Assembly: GCA_964016885.1 (NCBI GenBank)
Contig: OZ024740.1
Coordinates: 96,162,001-96,226,000, forward strand
Reading direction: 5' to 3'
Source: Eledone cirrhosa
Lineage: Eukaryota
DNA length: 64,000 bases
This document shows, piece after piece, positions 40,007 through 55,135 of the stretch (the first letter of the stretch is position 1; each line of letters begins with the position of its first letter). Below the pieces are notes generated by a model. It was not told the origin of the DNA and searched no databases. It worked only from the letters and a program-made list of their open reading frames with translations. The translations under genes and the position numbers were made by a program.

Positions 40007-40555
40007 CCAGGAAAGTACAAGAAAGCATCTGCGAAATCAGAGAACCAATTATTAAGTATTGTCTCTGTACTTAAGCATTTTTCCAATCGTCAAGTTTTAT
40101 GTCACGGGATATGCAATATGTATACGTCCATCTCATGGCTCCCATAACACATCACAAGTCCATCCGAGTTTTACAACATGAAATCAATTCTACAATATAT
40201 CTTCGGAAGAGACCTCTCAAGCTAAATCCTATAGCTATATAATAGTAAAAAAGAAAAGAAAAACATTAGGAAATGCTAAAGGGATTTGCTATCAGAATAA
40301 TTGCACGATGTTTATTGATAAATTAGGAATGTCCTCCTTATTTGTACCAGTTACAGCTCATAAGCTTCTTCATACGACAAATTGAATTACATATTAATAA
40401 GAACAATAAGAATAAGGGAATAGAGTCGAGGTCAACAGCTTAAATAGATTGAATAAATTCTTCCCTGCTACTACAAATATTAATGGTGACACACAGAGAG
40501 AAATAAAGAAAACTACAGAAAAATTGTGAACATTTCTTTATATATATATGTATAT

Positions 40556-40738
40556 AATTGTTTCTACTTTAGGCACAAGGCCAGCAATTACCCAGTGCAT
40601 TACTGGTACTTTATTTTATCGACCCCGTAAGGATGAAAGGCAAAGTCAACCTCGGCGGGATTTGAACACAGATAGTAAAGGGACGTAACTATGTGGAAAG
40701 CATGGCGTCCGACCCTCTACCGATACTGCCAATCCACC
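40556..40738 (-). mobile_element. Nin/Deu-like tRNA-derived SINE
   Basis: Near-identical to 5948-6133. Confidence 0.9.
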
Positions 40739-40997
40739 TGTATATGTATATAATGTTTTCCCCATATTCTTCTCGTTCTCATTTATATGCAATTTAAATG
40801 CGTTATACAGTTCGATCCTATGAAGAAGCCTAGAAGCTGAAACCGGTATAAACAATGCGGAAATTCCTTATTTGTACATAAATGTTTTGCGGTTATCCCT
40901 TTAGCATTTTATATTTTTTTTCTTTTTCACTATTATATATATGTATATACCAACTCGTCTCCTACTTTTCCACATTGCATATATATATATATATATA

Positions 40998-41277
40998 TAA
41001 GTACGGGTGATACTTAAATATAAGTATTTATACGTACATACATATATGTATACAGACGTATAGTAGTATGTATATAAATACATACATGTACATATATATA
41101 TATTTATATATGTACGTATGGGTTTACCAAACATTTATTATAATGCTCGGTTTGTTTGTAAATAAACAGCCCGAATTATTAGCTGTACATTTTTCGGCAA
41201 CACTGTACGGCTAATAATTCGGGCTGTTTGTTTAAAAACAAACCAAGCATTATAATAAATGTTCGGTAAACCCATAC

Positions 41278-41324
<47 letters not shown>

Positions 41325-41390
41325 CATGTATGTATGTATATACATACTACTGTACGGCTGTATACATACATGTATGTACGTATACATACT
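40998..41390. repeat. Fold-back fragment of the 445-bp family
   Basis: 41015-41190 is inverted at 41200-41390. Confidence 0.8.
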
Positions 41391-41398
41391 TTTATATA

Positions 41399-41451
<53 letters not shown>

Positions 41452-41453
<2 letters not shown>

Positions 41454-42876
41454 TATTAATAATGAGTTCAAACCTCAGGCAGTCCTTTACAATGAAAAAG
41501 CTCCAAGAAAGAAGTATTTCCGAGCCGTGTACAAGTTAATATAAATTAATATATTTGATAAACACAAATACCAACATATCCGTGTTTGTATTGTAAACGA
41601 CTAAAGTTAGCTAGATTGAAAAATACTAATTATAATAATACAGTTTGCCTGTCTCGATTTAAAATAATAAATCAATAAAAACAAAGCATATTGGCAAATG
41701 GCCGTGGTGCTTGGACAAATTTAAATTTCAAAATCAAACCTGTTCCGCAGATAGGTCTAAACCTTAAAATCCAAATATGTTTCGAAAACTGAAAAAAGTG
41801 GAAGAATACCGCATTTCTATCTCCTCAGCAAGCACCAGAAAAATTGGTATGTTCCACTTCAAAATATTTAAAAAGACTGTTTAACGCACATGGTTTTTCA
41901 CATACGGCCATCCAGTGTCTAGCTGCCCCATACTCGTGCTGCTAGAAATAACAGCCGTTTATATGGGGCTAAATTTAGCTCTACCTAAGGAGCAGTGATA
42001 CTATTAATAATGAGTTCAAACCTCAGGCAGTCCTTTACGATGAAAAAGGTCAAAGAAAGAAGTACTTCCGAGCCGTGTAATACAAGTTAAAATAAATTAA
42101 TATATTTGATAAACAGAAATACCAACATATCCGTGTTTGTATTGTAAACGACTAGAGTTATATAGATTGAAAAATACTAATATAATAATACAGTTTGCCT
42201 GTCTCGATTTAAAATAATAAATCAATAAAAACAAAGCATATTGGCAAATGGCCGTGGTGCTTGGACAAATTTAAATTTCAAAATCAAACCTGTTCCGCAG
42301 ATAGGTCTAAACCTTAAAATCCAAATATGTTTCGAAAAATGAAAAAATTGGAAGAATACCGCATTTTTATCTCCTCAGCAAGCACCAGAAAAATTGGTAT
42401 GTTCCACTTCAAAATATTTAAAAAGACTGTTTAACTCACATGGTTTTTCACATACGGTTATCCAGTGTCTAGCTGCCCCATACTCGTGCTGCTAGAAATA
42501 ACAGCCGTTTATATGGGGCTAAATTGAGCTCTACGTAAGGAGCAGTGATACTATTAATAAGGAGTTCAAACCTCAGGCAGTCCTTTACAATGAAAAAGCT
42601 CAAAGAAAGAAGTATTTCCGAGCCGTGTAATACAAGTTAATATAAATTAATTTTGAAATTAATTTATGAATTGATTTTGAAATTTAAATTTGTCCAAGCA
42701 CCACGGCCATTTGCCAATATGCTTTGTTTTTATTGATTTATTATTTTAAATCGAGACAGGCAAACTGTATTATTACAATTAGTATTTTTCAATCTAGCTA
42801 ACTTTAGTCGTTTACAATACAAACACGGATATGTTGGTATTCGTGTTTATCAAATATATTAATTTATATTAACTTG

Positions 42877-42880
<4 letters not shown>
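41452..42880 (-). repeat. 550-bp hammerhead-bearing tandem array (about 2.2 units plus inverted arm)
   Basis: Period 550. HHRs at 41705-41837 and 42255-42387 (minus). Inverted arm 42670-42880; (TA)n flanks. Confidence 0.92.
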
Positions 42881-42914
<34 letters not shown>

Positions 42915-44080
42915 TATAATAGATATTCTTTTGATCAATTACATTTATCCAACCCATACATTTTTATGGATTTTTTTTACAACTGAATTCTCAATGCGTC
43001 TTTGACCTCTTATTTATAATATATTATAATATGTATGTAATTATATTTTCTACATGTTTTTAAATATACCTACTGCATGTTCATATCCATGATTCAAATA
43101 TAGAACAAATATCCAAACTATAAATTATTATAGACATTATTTTGAACTCCGAATTATCCAGGCATTTATTATTATTTTTCTTATATACATATATCTATTT
43201 AGCTGTAACATGTAGAACATTATTATATAACATTGTAACTGTTATCATTTACCTAAAGTATACTGTACCACCAATACCTAATATATATCTATATATACCT
43301 CCCTATATCTTCCTATACATAATTTTTAGTTAACTTCTAAATGTTTAGTTAACTTCTAAATTTCTTGATTAGGTTTACTCTGAACTAAGAATAATTAATG
43401 CATTTATACTCTGTTATATATAGGTGTATATTTAACTTTAACATGCCTCAATCTATTATTTTATTTTCTTTATCATTTACCTAAAATATACTGGCTCATT
43501 AATATATATATGTATATACACATAATCGTTATTTAAATATTTCTAACAATAATTACTTCATCAGCTTTACATACCATATACGCTGATTATCTCCGCTAAT
43601 GTTTACATTTAGGAAAATTATCAACAGTGTAAACTCTCATTCATGTTGGCCAGCTAATTCTTATAAATGTTACCCTCATAAAATTCAGAAGCTTAGAAAT
43701 GTTAACACACTTATTGAATTCATATAACTAATATATAAATAACCAGCAATTAAAAAAAAAAAATAAAAAAATCTTGATTTTCCACCCTAAAATACAATAA
43801 ATTTAATATTTTCAAAATTAACCGTTTAACTTTCGAGGTAAAAAAATCTCCTTCTGCATATATTAATTATACTTGCCTCTCATCAATTGTATCATACATC
43901 TTAATATCTCTATAACTGTTACATTAAGTAACGTTTTTTCTTACTCGCACTTTCTCTATTGAATTTATAACGTTTTCGCATTTTCTTATTATTAGGGTAT
44001 AAATGTTAAATTTTCTCTTTGGTCAATCACTACCTTCATTTAATCTTAACCATTTAATATCTCAGGGTATGTCATGTATC

Positions 44081-44143
44081 ATTATATTTTGTCTGATGAG
44101 TGCGTACTGTTGTACATCTGAAATATGTATAATAAAATGTAAT
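44081..44143 (+). ncRNA. Type I hammerhead at the 3' end of an AT-rich non-coding element (42911-44172)
   Basis: attatattttgt CTGATGA gtgcgtac tgtt gtacatct GAAA TATGTA TA ataaaatgtaat. 44136-44172 is inverted at 42911-42946. Confidence 0.88.
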
Positions 44144-44273
44144 TGATCAAAAGAACATCTATTTTATTAATATGTATATATTAATATTAATAACTCTGCA
44201 CAATTATTTTCTGTAGATGCTTCCAATCTACTGTAAAACTCATTATTTGACATACTCATTGTTTAACTATTTA

Positions 44274-44930
<657 letters not shown>

Positions 44931-45892
44931 TATATATATATAAACATAATTTTGGAATGCTTATATACTTTTCTCTTCTAACTTTAATTGTACACCTAAT
45001 TGTGTATGGTTGACGGTATATTTAATCGATTTCCACGTGCTATTAGAAATGCTGGGTAAATATTATATAGCTGTTGATCGCGGATAGATAGCTGTCGTTT
45101 ATTTATATATTATTTCTTTATAGATGCCTTTTAATCTTATAGCCTTGTTTAATTGTCTTTGTGTGTGCTTGATTATGCTGACTGGGAGAGGAAATTATGT
45201 ATATATTTTATCAAATGATTCTATGGACATACTTTATTGTACATATATACATATGTGTGTGTGTATGTGTGTGTGTGTATATATTTAATTAAATTTAAAT
45301 ATGTTTGCATATATATATACAGTGTAAGAGCCATCTAACTTTTGAGATACACAGTATTGTGTACATATAAAAAGCACATGCTATTTAGGAAAATATACTC
45401 ACTTCAAGGCAGAAAAGTTCTTCTTTCCTCGTGGAAAAATGATTTTATTTGTTTACCATCAAAAATTATCCTCTATCGCCAACTATCGATTTTGTAAGAT
45501 ACGGTAGACATAAATCAATCATTATAAATATATATGGGAGTGTGTATGTGTACGGCATACTTAATCCCATCAAACATTTGCAAATTTACCAGAAAACATG
45601 CCAAAAATATCAGCCAATGTCTACCACCCAAATATATCATTGCATCAACGTTTCATTCCCGCAAATGAACATTTATCTATCTTATAAATACATCGAATCA
45701 TTTCTATGACAGAATTGAAAAGAATGTTTTTCAGTCTATAACAATTAAACACAGTGGCTATTTCAAAATCCTATAGGGGAAAATATGACATTCTCGACGT
45801 AACTGTTTCATTAATTAAATTCAAAACGATTTCGGTCATAATTTCCTTTTTTGGTAAATCCTTTGCAAACTAGACATACCTTAATAATTTAT

Positions 45893-46076
45893 GAATTGGC
45901 TGTATCAGTAGAGGGTTGGATGCCATGCTTTCCAGCATAGTTACATCCCTTTACGGTCTGAGTTCTAATCCCGTCGAAGTTAGCTTTGCCTTTCATCCTT
46001 ACGGGGTCAATAACATAAAGTACCAGTATTGCACGAGGATAATTTCTGGTTTGTGCTAAAATAGTAACAATTATTA
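45893..46076 (+). mobile_element. Nin/Deu-like tRNA-derived SINE
   Basis: ttggctgtatcagtagag..gagttctaatccc..gcctttcatccttacggggtcaa..aaagtaccag. Confidence 0.85.
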
Positions 46077-46731
46077 AAACAACATATATCTATAAAAAAA
46101 ATATGTTTAAAAAATATAAATACTGAATTGGAAAGAGTGCTGCAAAATAACTAAGAATATATAATTCAACAAGTTATGGACATTTGTGGGGGCAAAATGA
46201 CAATTTGATAAAAGACAAAAGTTCATATTATGTTCTTGCTATTTGCGTTAGAGCAATTCTATTCTATAAATATATAATCGTATAAAAAGCAAACAAACCT
46301 CATATAGACCATATCATTAACATGATGGTAATTTTTTCCATCGCTAATATGAATTTACTCACAAAGGTTCAGAAAGTTAAATGTGTTAAGCTGTATAATT
46401 TTGGATTAATATATATGACGATTTAGAATCATGTCAATCGAAAAACATAATGTACTACTGGGCTGTAATCGAAAAATAGAAAGCAACATTTTCTAAGAAT
46501 ATCTTAACCTTGAATTAAGAATATTTCATGTTTTCTGTAAATAAAATGAATGATGGAAATGAAATTGAAGCACAACAAATTAATAAGTGTTGCAAATTAT
46601 ATTTACTTTGGAAATAGGAGAATGACTAAAAATGAATTTAAAATAAGAGAAATAAAATATAGATCTTATTTATATAAAAGTGTTTGTGTGTGAGAGAGAG
46701 GGAGGGGGGGGTGAGTATACTCACACTTACA

Positions 46732-46817
<86 letters not shown>

Positions 46818-46832
46818 TGTGTGTGTGTATAT

Positions 46833-46867
<35 letters not shown>

Positions 46868-46884
46868 CAAATATACATACATAC

Positions 46885-46931
<47 letters not shown>

Positions 46932-48825
46932 CACGAGTGAAAGTATACATATAAATACAGATAAGGCTCTATAATTTGGAACAGAACTTCGGTTAGAACA
47001 TTTGTATTTTTTATTGCTAAATAAAATTCTATTTTCTACGTTTCTAATTTTTTTCCTTTAATGAAATATGTATTAGCATTTCAGGAAAATGATTCGTTAA
47101 AATCAAACGGCAAAATATAAATAAACGTATGTAATTTCTCCAATTCATATATTTAATATTACAATTTATTTTGCTGCAATTCAGCACAGAGGCAACTTCT
47201 AGATAAACGCTCTGTTATCGTGTTTTTATTTTAATTGCTTCTGATGTATTCATTCGACATGGAATGAAATTTATTTCTTTATGTGTATTACAGAAATTCT
47301 AACATATCATTTACGTAATTTGTGGTGTGCATGAAAGAAAGCTATATAATATGTGAAAGACGATGTTTCGTTATGGCGTTAAATAAGTGAAGATCAGAGT
47401 TGCACTTGTTTTAATTTTCAGTGATATTTAATTGTAATAATACGTTGATTATATTTGATATTTCTGCAAATATGAACATTTGTTTTGCTAAAATGATATG
47501 GAATCATGAGATTACATCCCCTTCATAATAAAGCACGTTTTTCTTATCATCACATCAATAACATGTTCGATAATTTTAGGCTTCTTACCTAATTTCGTTT
47601 TCTAACAGTCATGTTAAATTGCAACACTCGAAATATATTTGATATTTTAAGATATATTTGCAAGGAACCGTATAATGTAAGGGATAATTACGACAAAATT
47701 AATAAGAAGATTCTATCAACAACACAAACAAATGCGTAAACTAAACCAAGACAAGAAAATGAAGACATTATATTCATTCAATTCAACAAAAGATATAATA
47801 TTCTGATAAATTTAAAGTTAGAAGCGAGTTAAGTATGTATATGTGCATTTACATATCTATCTATCCATGTATCTATCTATTTGGAATAAATAATAAAAGA
47901 TAAAAACAAAATAAAAATAAATATATATATCTATCTATCTATATATATGTATATATTACAGAAAGTGTGCGAAAAGTAAATAAAAACAGAAATACACATA
48001 AATACTGTAAGCATATACGTGTGTGAATATGCATATGTGTTTTACGTGAGAAAAGCGAGTCTGGATTTTGATATGCACTTGTATTTCTTTGTACGTACGG
48101 CGTATGTTGTCAAAATATACATGAAATAAAATGGAAAAGAATAATCTTTTGAAACAAAAAAGTCTCCCATAACTGATATATGCCCGGACTTATTGTAGGA
48201 TACAATACAAGGCTGCTATAGAGGCTTAAATGACTTCCGGTAGACTCCATTGTTGAATCCTATCGTTGTTAATTATGTTGTTTCTAATTCTTCACAATAA
48301 GCAGCAGTTGAGCAATGATAATTGAATACAAAGATAGGAACACACACACACAGACACGCAGACACACACACACATGCGCACGTGCACAAACACACACACA
48401 CACAAACACATACACACACACACATATATATATATATATAAATATATATACATAAAGAGAGAGAAGACAGATATATAGATATATAGACAGATAAATAGAT
48501 AGAGAGAGAGAGATATATATAATGCGCTGATCATGTAGAAGGTTTCCTCTATCCCTTACCATTAACTCAGTTAACGAGAGAGAAAGGGTTGAACACAGCC
48601 TCTAAAACGCTTACGCACCACGTGACACACACATATCCCATTAGCTTCAAATTATATTTCGTAAAAAATAAACGACTACTGGTAAAGTTAAATTGTAGTG
48701 TAATGATGATTATCACATGTTCCCTGAAACAATATAGGTCCAAGGACATTACATACCATGTTTGGACATGATTAGTTTAATGGTGTTTATAGTGAGTTGG
48801 TAACACATTGACCAACACACAAACA

Positions 48826-48873
<48 letters not shown>

Positions 48874-48902
48874 AAAGAATAGAGGTGTGACACACAAGTT
48901 AT

Positions 48903-49305
48903 TATATATTGGTAAAAGGAATAGAAAATGCTGACAAATTGTTCACTGTTGAAAAATGGTTTAATTAGGAATAAAAGAGAATTAGTAATTGTATGGGTTA
49001 GTATTCAGTTGTGGTTTTAAGTTTTTAAGTTTTTACCGATTGCGCATTTCTAAATGCTTTTCAAAAATAATTTTGAGATAGAGTGTCCGTGTTGTTTGCT
49101 CTGATCTGAGCAAACAACACGGACACTCTATCTCAAAATTATTTTTGAAAAGCATTTAGAAATTCGCAACCGGTAAAAACCTAAAAACTTAAAACCACGA
49201 CTGAATACTAACCCATACAATTACTAATACTCTTTTATTCCTAATTAAACCATTTTTCGACTGTGAACAATTTGTCAGCATTTTCTATTCCGTTTACCAA
49301 TATAT
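48903..49305. repeat. Fold-back (~195-bp arms) carrying a U3-A8-type hammerhead-like motif
   Basis: 48903-49101 is inverted at 49108-49305. ttt TTGAAAA gcattt ag aaatgc GCAA TCGG TA aaa at 49030-49067 (minus). Confidence 0.8.
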
Positions 49306-49913
49306 ATATATATATATATAACAACACTGACCTAAGAGAAGTATAAATAAGTAAAATAAAATAAAATAAGATAAATAAATACATACACAAGCACAATAAC
49401 ATCAAGCACATAAACACACACTAGTCACCCAGCAGACACAACACTATACACACTAGTCACACATCACACATAACACTATACACACACGCAATCGCATGCG
49501 CAAAGAAGACAAAATAAAATAAGATAAACAAACAAGCAAATAAATAAATAAATATATAGACAGACTGAATAAAAAATGGCGTAGACATACAACACAACAG
49601 GAGGAACAATGAATATAACACCACTGACGATGTTGCAGATGTGCAACGAAAGATTTATGTAAATTATGTAAACTATAGATATGTGTTTGTGTCTATATTG
49701 TATCTGTATTATTTTTGACCGCCGGTCAGTCAATGGCAACATTGAGGACCGAGGAAGTTAGATCGCAGATATAAAAGACAACGAGAAGCGAAAACCAACC
49801 AAACACTGAGTGTGTTCTGTTATTAATTCTGGCAATATTACACAAATATGACCCTCCCCAAATATAACAATATCTGTTTCGACACACGATTTCATATAAA
49901 AATCCTCGCTAAA

Positions 49914-49956
<43 letters not shown>

Positions 49957-49959
<3 letters not shown>

Positions 49960-51378
49960 TTAACACAAATCAATATATTTGATAAACACAAATATCCTCA
50001 TATTTATGTTTGTATTGTAAATGACCAAGTTAGCTAGATAGAAATATACTAATAATAATATTACAGTTTGCCTATCATGACTGAAGATAATACATCATAA
50101 ATCAACAAAAACAAATTGTATTGGCAATGGCCGTAGTGCTTGGACAAATTTAAATTTCAAAATCAAACCTGTTCCGTAGACAGGTTTAAACCTTAAAATC
50201 CAAATATGTTTCAAATAATGAAAAAGTGGAAGAAAATACCGCATTTTCATCTCATTATTATTGATTTTTCACTGCTCCTTCGTTGAGCTGATTTTAGTCC
50301 CATACAAACGGCTGTTATTTCTAGCAGCACGAGTATGAGGCTTGCTAGACACTGGATAACCGCATGAGGTTACCTCGTGCGCTAAACAGTCTTCCTAAAT
50401 ATTTTGAAGCGGAACATATCAATTTGTATAGTGCTTGCTGAGGAGATCAAGATGCGGTATTTTCTTCCACTATTTCATTATTCGAAACACATTTGGATTT
50501 TAAGGTTTAAACCTGTCTACGGAACAGGTTTGATTTTGAAATTTAAATTTGTCCAAGCACTACGGCCATTGCCAATACAATATGTTTTTGTTGATTTATG
50601 ATGTATTATCTTAAGTCATGATAGGCAAATGTAATATATTTATTAGTATATTTCTATCTAGCTAACTTTGTCATTTACAATACAAACATAAATATGAGGA
50701 TATTTGTATTTATCAAATATATTGATTCGTGTTAACCTATATTACACGGCTCAGAAATACTCTTTCTCGAGCTATTTCATTGTAAATGATCGCCTGAGAT
50801 TTGAACTCATTATTATTGATATTTCACTGCTCCTTCGTTGAGCTGATTTTAGCCACATACAAACGGCTGTTATTTCTAGCAGCACGAGTATGAGGCTAGC
50901 TAGACACTGGATAACCGCATGAGGTTACCTCGTGCGCTAAACAATCTTCCTAAATATTTTGAAGTGGAACATACCAATTTTTATAGTGCTTGCTGAGGAG
51001 ATCAAAATGCGGAATTTTCTTCCACTTTTTCATTATTCGAAACACATTTTGATTTTAAGGTTTAAACCTGTCTACGGAACAGGTTTGATTTTGAAATTTA
51101 AATTTGTCCAAGCACTACGGCCATTGCCAATACAATTTGTTTTTGTTGATTTATGATTTATTATCTTAAGTCATGATAGGCAAACTGTAATATTATTATT
51201 AGTATATTTCTATCTAGCTAACTTGGTCATTTACAATACAAACATAAATATGAGGATATTTGTGTTTATCAAATATATTGATTTGTGTTAACCTATATTA
51301 CGCGGCTCAGAAATACTCTTTCTTCGAGCTATTTCATTGTAAATGATCGCCTGAGATTTGAACTCATTATTATTGATT
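49957..51378 (+). repeat. 555-bp hammerhead-bearing tandem array (inverted arm plus 2 units)
   Basis: Inverted arm 49957-50250, period 555, (TA)n flanks. Confidence 0.92.
50429..50562 (+). ncRNA. Large type I hammerhead with GUC site (second copy 50984-51117)
   Basis: tagtgcttg CTGAGGA [39-nt helix II] GAAAC [~62-nt hairpin] GTC caagcacta. Confidence 0.9.
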
Positions 51379-51380
51379 TG

Positions 51381-51412
<32 letters not shown>

Positions 51413-51670
51413 CATGACGGAAATGTATAACTCATGCGGAAGTTAAAGCTGCAATATATTTTTTCAGATATTTCTTCCTTAAAAATGGTATTATTTCTAA
51501 TAGTAAATAGTTACTATGAGACACGAATATAATATTACCCAATTACTGAAAAAAGTCACGTAATTCCACCGAAACTACTGCATTACCATTTCACATCATA
51601 TACACATGAAGGCAACATTAAAGTCATTATTCTAGGATACATATAAAATCAAAACGATCACGCTCAAACA

Positions 51671-51702
<32 letters not shown>

Positions 51703-51709
<7 letters not shown>

Positions 51710-51900
51710 GAGCTTCTACAGGACTAGAACTGTTTCATTCGTGAGGAATCAACACGGGGCTCCGTGATGATACCTCACGAATGAAACAGTTCTAGTCCTG
51801 TAGAAGCTCTTCTATATTAAAGCGTTTATACTCTGCTATGTATTTATTATTGAGTACCATACTTACTATGTTTACCTCCGATTCAACTCGGAATAACTTA
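51703..51900. repeat. Short fold-back element with degenerate hammerhead-like core
   Basis: tagaagagcttctacaggactagaactgtttcattcgtgagg (51705-51746) is inverted at 51773-51814. GTGATGA..gaat GAAA cagttc TA gtcc. Confidence 0.7.
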
Positions 51901-52010
51901 TATATATAGTAATAATAATAAATGTGAAGACTAAAATCCAAAGAGGGTTCGATAAGGATAATATATATCAAATATATAAGAACCGTAGAGCAAATATTTA
52001 TTAAAATAAC

Positions 52011-52082
52011 AGATTAAAGTTTAAGCAAAGAATCGCTGATTTCACCCTTAACGGGATCTTCAGAAATTAACAAAGTCAATAT
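52011..52082 (-). ncRNA. Type I hammerhead in pLTR (other copies 55283-55353 minus, 57092-57163 plus)
   Basis: Consensus agttt CTGAAGA tcccgttaagggt GAAA gca gcgattctt tgc TT aaact. Each copy carries 1-2 substitutions. Confidence 0.75.
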
Positions 52083-53019
52083 GTAAACGCAGAAGTGTAT
52101 ATTTCAAAAAACGTTGCAACCGGAGGAACACAGGAATACGATACATTGGTTCGTGGAAACGTTCCCTGGCAAAGAGAGGGAAAAACGCATATAATACGTC
52201 ATTAATAGGAGGGGTGAAAAGCAATTACGCGCAAAAACAGAACCACGTTCATGGTATAAAATGAGTCGTAGACTAATGTTCACTTAGGTGGTTTATAGAG
52301 AAGTTCTCTGGCAATGAACGGAAAAAACGAAGATAATATGTTGTATGTGGACCGTGGAGAACAATTGCACGCAAAGACAAGACCACGTAAATGGTATAGC
52401 TGAAGTCGTAGACGAAAATTCTAACTGGGAAACCGAATGAATCTTCGCTTCAGAGTTAAGAATAAAGTAAATAAAATACAATACAGAGGTATTAGAAATT
52501 AAATAAATACATACACGCATGCAAATACGTACATACACAAGCATACGCGAAAACACTGCCATAGGTATACAAAACCACGCACATACAAATATGTGTATGT
52601 GTGTGTGCGTGTATACAAATAAATAAATAATTAAATAAACCTATATAAATAAATAAATACGTATATAACAAGCGCACACACATACCTACATGTAAATACA
52701 CAAACGTTCGGAGACGTAAGTCAACCAAAACATGAAGTACACATATACACACACGCAACATACGTACGAACCTGCACACTCACACAGAAGCAAAACTCCC
52801 GTATCCACATAACCAAACCATATGTACCAGAATATATAAAAAAAATTATACGCCATAACATATACAATCAAATATACGTACGAGAAAGTATACGTACCTT
52901 CACAAAACATACATGTAATATATACGTACCCATGCAAATAAGTAATGGTATAAACAAAACATATACTTAGCTACCCCATCACGACGTAAATTATCCACGT
53001 ATAGATGGTAGTATCCGTT

Positions 53020-55135
53020 AGGGTATAGCGTGTGGTTGTAATACAGGAAAGTTTTGTGCAATTCATGTTTACAAGCCGTAATCGCCTCAGATTGTTTGTT
53101 AAGGATGTGGTCTGTGGCGTAGAGTATTTTCAGGGCCTCAGCGGCGCAGTGGTCACATGGTCTTTTATTTCCGTTATACGATCTAGCCCTAGCTAGGATC
53201 TCCCAGTGTAACTTATATTGGGTGTGGTTGTCTTTTAGACTCCAGATATAAGCTGAAAGTGACGTCATATTCCTTCTTAGAGGGTAACGAAAAGAATGCG
53301 TATGAATGTAAAGACGCTGCTTGAATCTATTGGCGGTTAACCCTATGTAGGCCCTACGGGATGTGGCTGTTTCAACCTTACATTTGTAGACAATGTTACT
53401 AGAGAGGGATTTCCCGGATAGGTGGTAATCAACCCGATTCCTACAATTACAGTTAGTACTAACTTCCCGAGTTGCACGTGTTGCGACGGGTAGGAAGTTT
53501 AGCTAAATTTGAAGCTGTGATGTTTTGTGCAATGTTAGGAGTAGTAGAGTAAGACATTTTAATAGTATTTCTATTAAAAATGTTACTATATTTATGTGTA
53601 GGGGGAAAATTCTTCGTAATAAGGGAAAGAAAGATCTTAGCTGGCGGTGTGGCCACCTCCATATTATATAGTTGGTTATACCAACAAATGCGACGGGATC
53701 TATTTCTTCTAGGTCTATTTTCGTACTCAGTATATGCTTCCTTATCGACAAATCCACTCCGAGCAAGAGCTTCATTGTAATAAGTGGAATGGTCGTTGAA
53801 AATATACTTGTTAGTAGATAGACGGGAAAGCCTCAACGAAACGTTTCTTACCACGTTCTTAGTTATGCTGGTAGGATGGTTGGAATGTTTACTTATGGAA
53901 TTAAACGTATCATTCGGCTTTCTATGCGGGTAATACAACCCATTCGATAAATTGAGGGTAACATCGAGGTAATTACCGACCGAGAGATTGGCCTCAACCT
54001 GTATAGATAGGTTGAAGCCTTTAAAGAAGGCTGTGATTTCTTTTCTGAACATGTCGCAAGCACGAGGTCCGCACTTAGTTATTGTCAAAACACCATCATC
54101 ACGGCACAAACCACCGCCCGCGTTGGGGAATTCGTCCTTGATAGAGAAAAAAAGGAAAAGGCCGATAAGATCAGTACCTCCGCAGAATCGCTGGCGCCCA
54201 TACTCACGTCGAATGGGGTACTATTGGATTTTTTTATCCAAATAGAATGGCGAAATTAATCACCGACTTACGGGCATTGAGGGTGAAATCAACTTCGAAA
54301 TCCTTAACCACTGTGAGTGTTTTAGCGAAATTGATAGCTCTAAGGAGAAGTGGTAAAGTGATGGAGGAGTAGTAATTGTTGATGTCGAATTGGATAACAC
54401 GGCAATGTTCCTTGTTGTATATGCCGTTGAACCAATCAATCCCCGAAATATTTGTTCCACAGTGCAAGAGGGGCCAAACTTCTAATTTCTGGTATAATTC
54501 TATCAAGAATCCTTTTACTAAGCCTACCTAAATCGGACTTCGTAGGGGTAATAAGCCGAATAGAGGGGTTGTTCGGAAAATTGGATTTGTGATCCTTCAG
54601 GGTAAAGTGGGGGAGAAATAGGGTCCAGAGGTTCGTTCCGGTCAGGATGTTGAGATCAGAGGTGATGTTTAACCCAGCATCGTTGATTTCATTGATGACG
54701 CACCGATTAGTTTTACGGTAATCCTCAGTTACAGCATTATGTAGCAGTTGATGGTAAGTACTGCGCTCCACTTGATATAGGTTGCCAGTTTTGTCGGAAT
54801 GGACGTGCACTGCATTAGAATCCTTAATTAAACGAAATCTATTCTTCAGGTCCTGCTGGAAGGAATTGCTCCTATTCCGAAATTTGATACTCCGTATGAG
54901 TTTCAAGACATCATTTTCGAAGGGTAGCAATGCTGTGTTAAACGGGGGGTTATTATAGATTTTAAACCCACATTTATCCTGTTTGTTGTCTGCTTTTCGC
55001 GGATTATCGAAATAAAGGCACGCCAACGCAACCGTTTAATGAACGCGTCTGTTTTCTGTATCAGGAGTTTTAGGTATGTTTCCTGCTTGGTAAGGGTATG
55101 TTCTTTGTAGAAATATTCAGGATTTGTTTCTGCAT
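53020..55135 (-). pseudogene. Frameshifted Naiad RT-GIY-YIG ORF
   Basis: MQKQILNISTKNIP, FIKRLRWRA, DKTGNLY, LKDHK, RLITPTKSDLG, QFDINNYYSSI, CRDD, NYLDVTL, SNHP, CNC linker, CDHCAAE, ACKH. Confidence 0.92.

Noticed and set aside
40810-40858. aTGAAGA agc ctagaa gct GAAA CCGG TA hammerhead-like motif
   Set aside because: C3 is missing and helix I does not pair; at best a dead remnant.
45000-48800. Host exons in the unique AT-rich stretches (also 59380-61800)
   Set aside because: No ORF with a recognisable domain; small exons cannot be excluded without RNA data.
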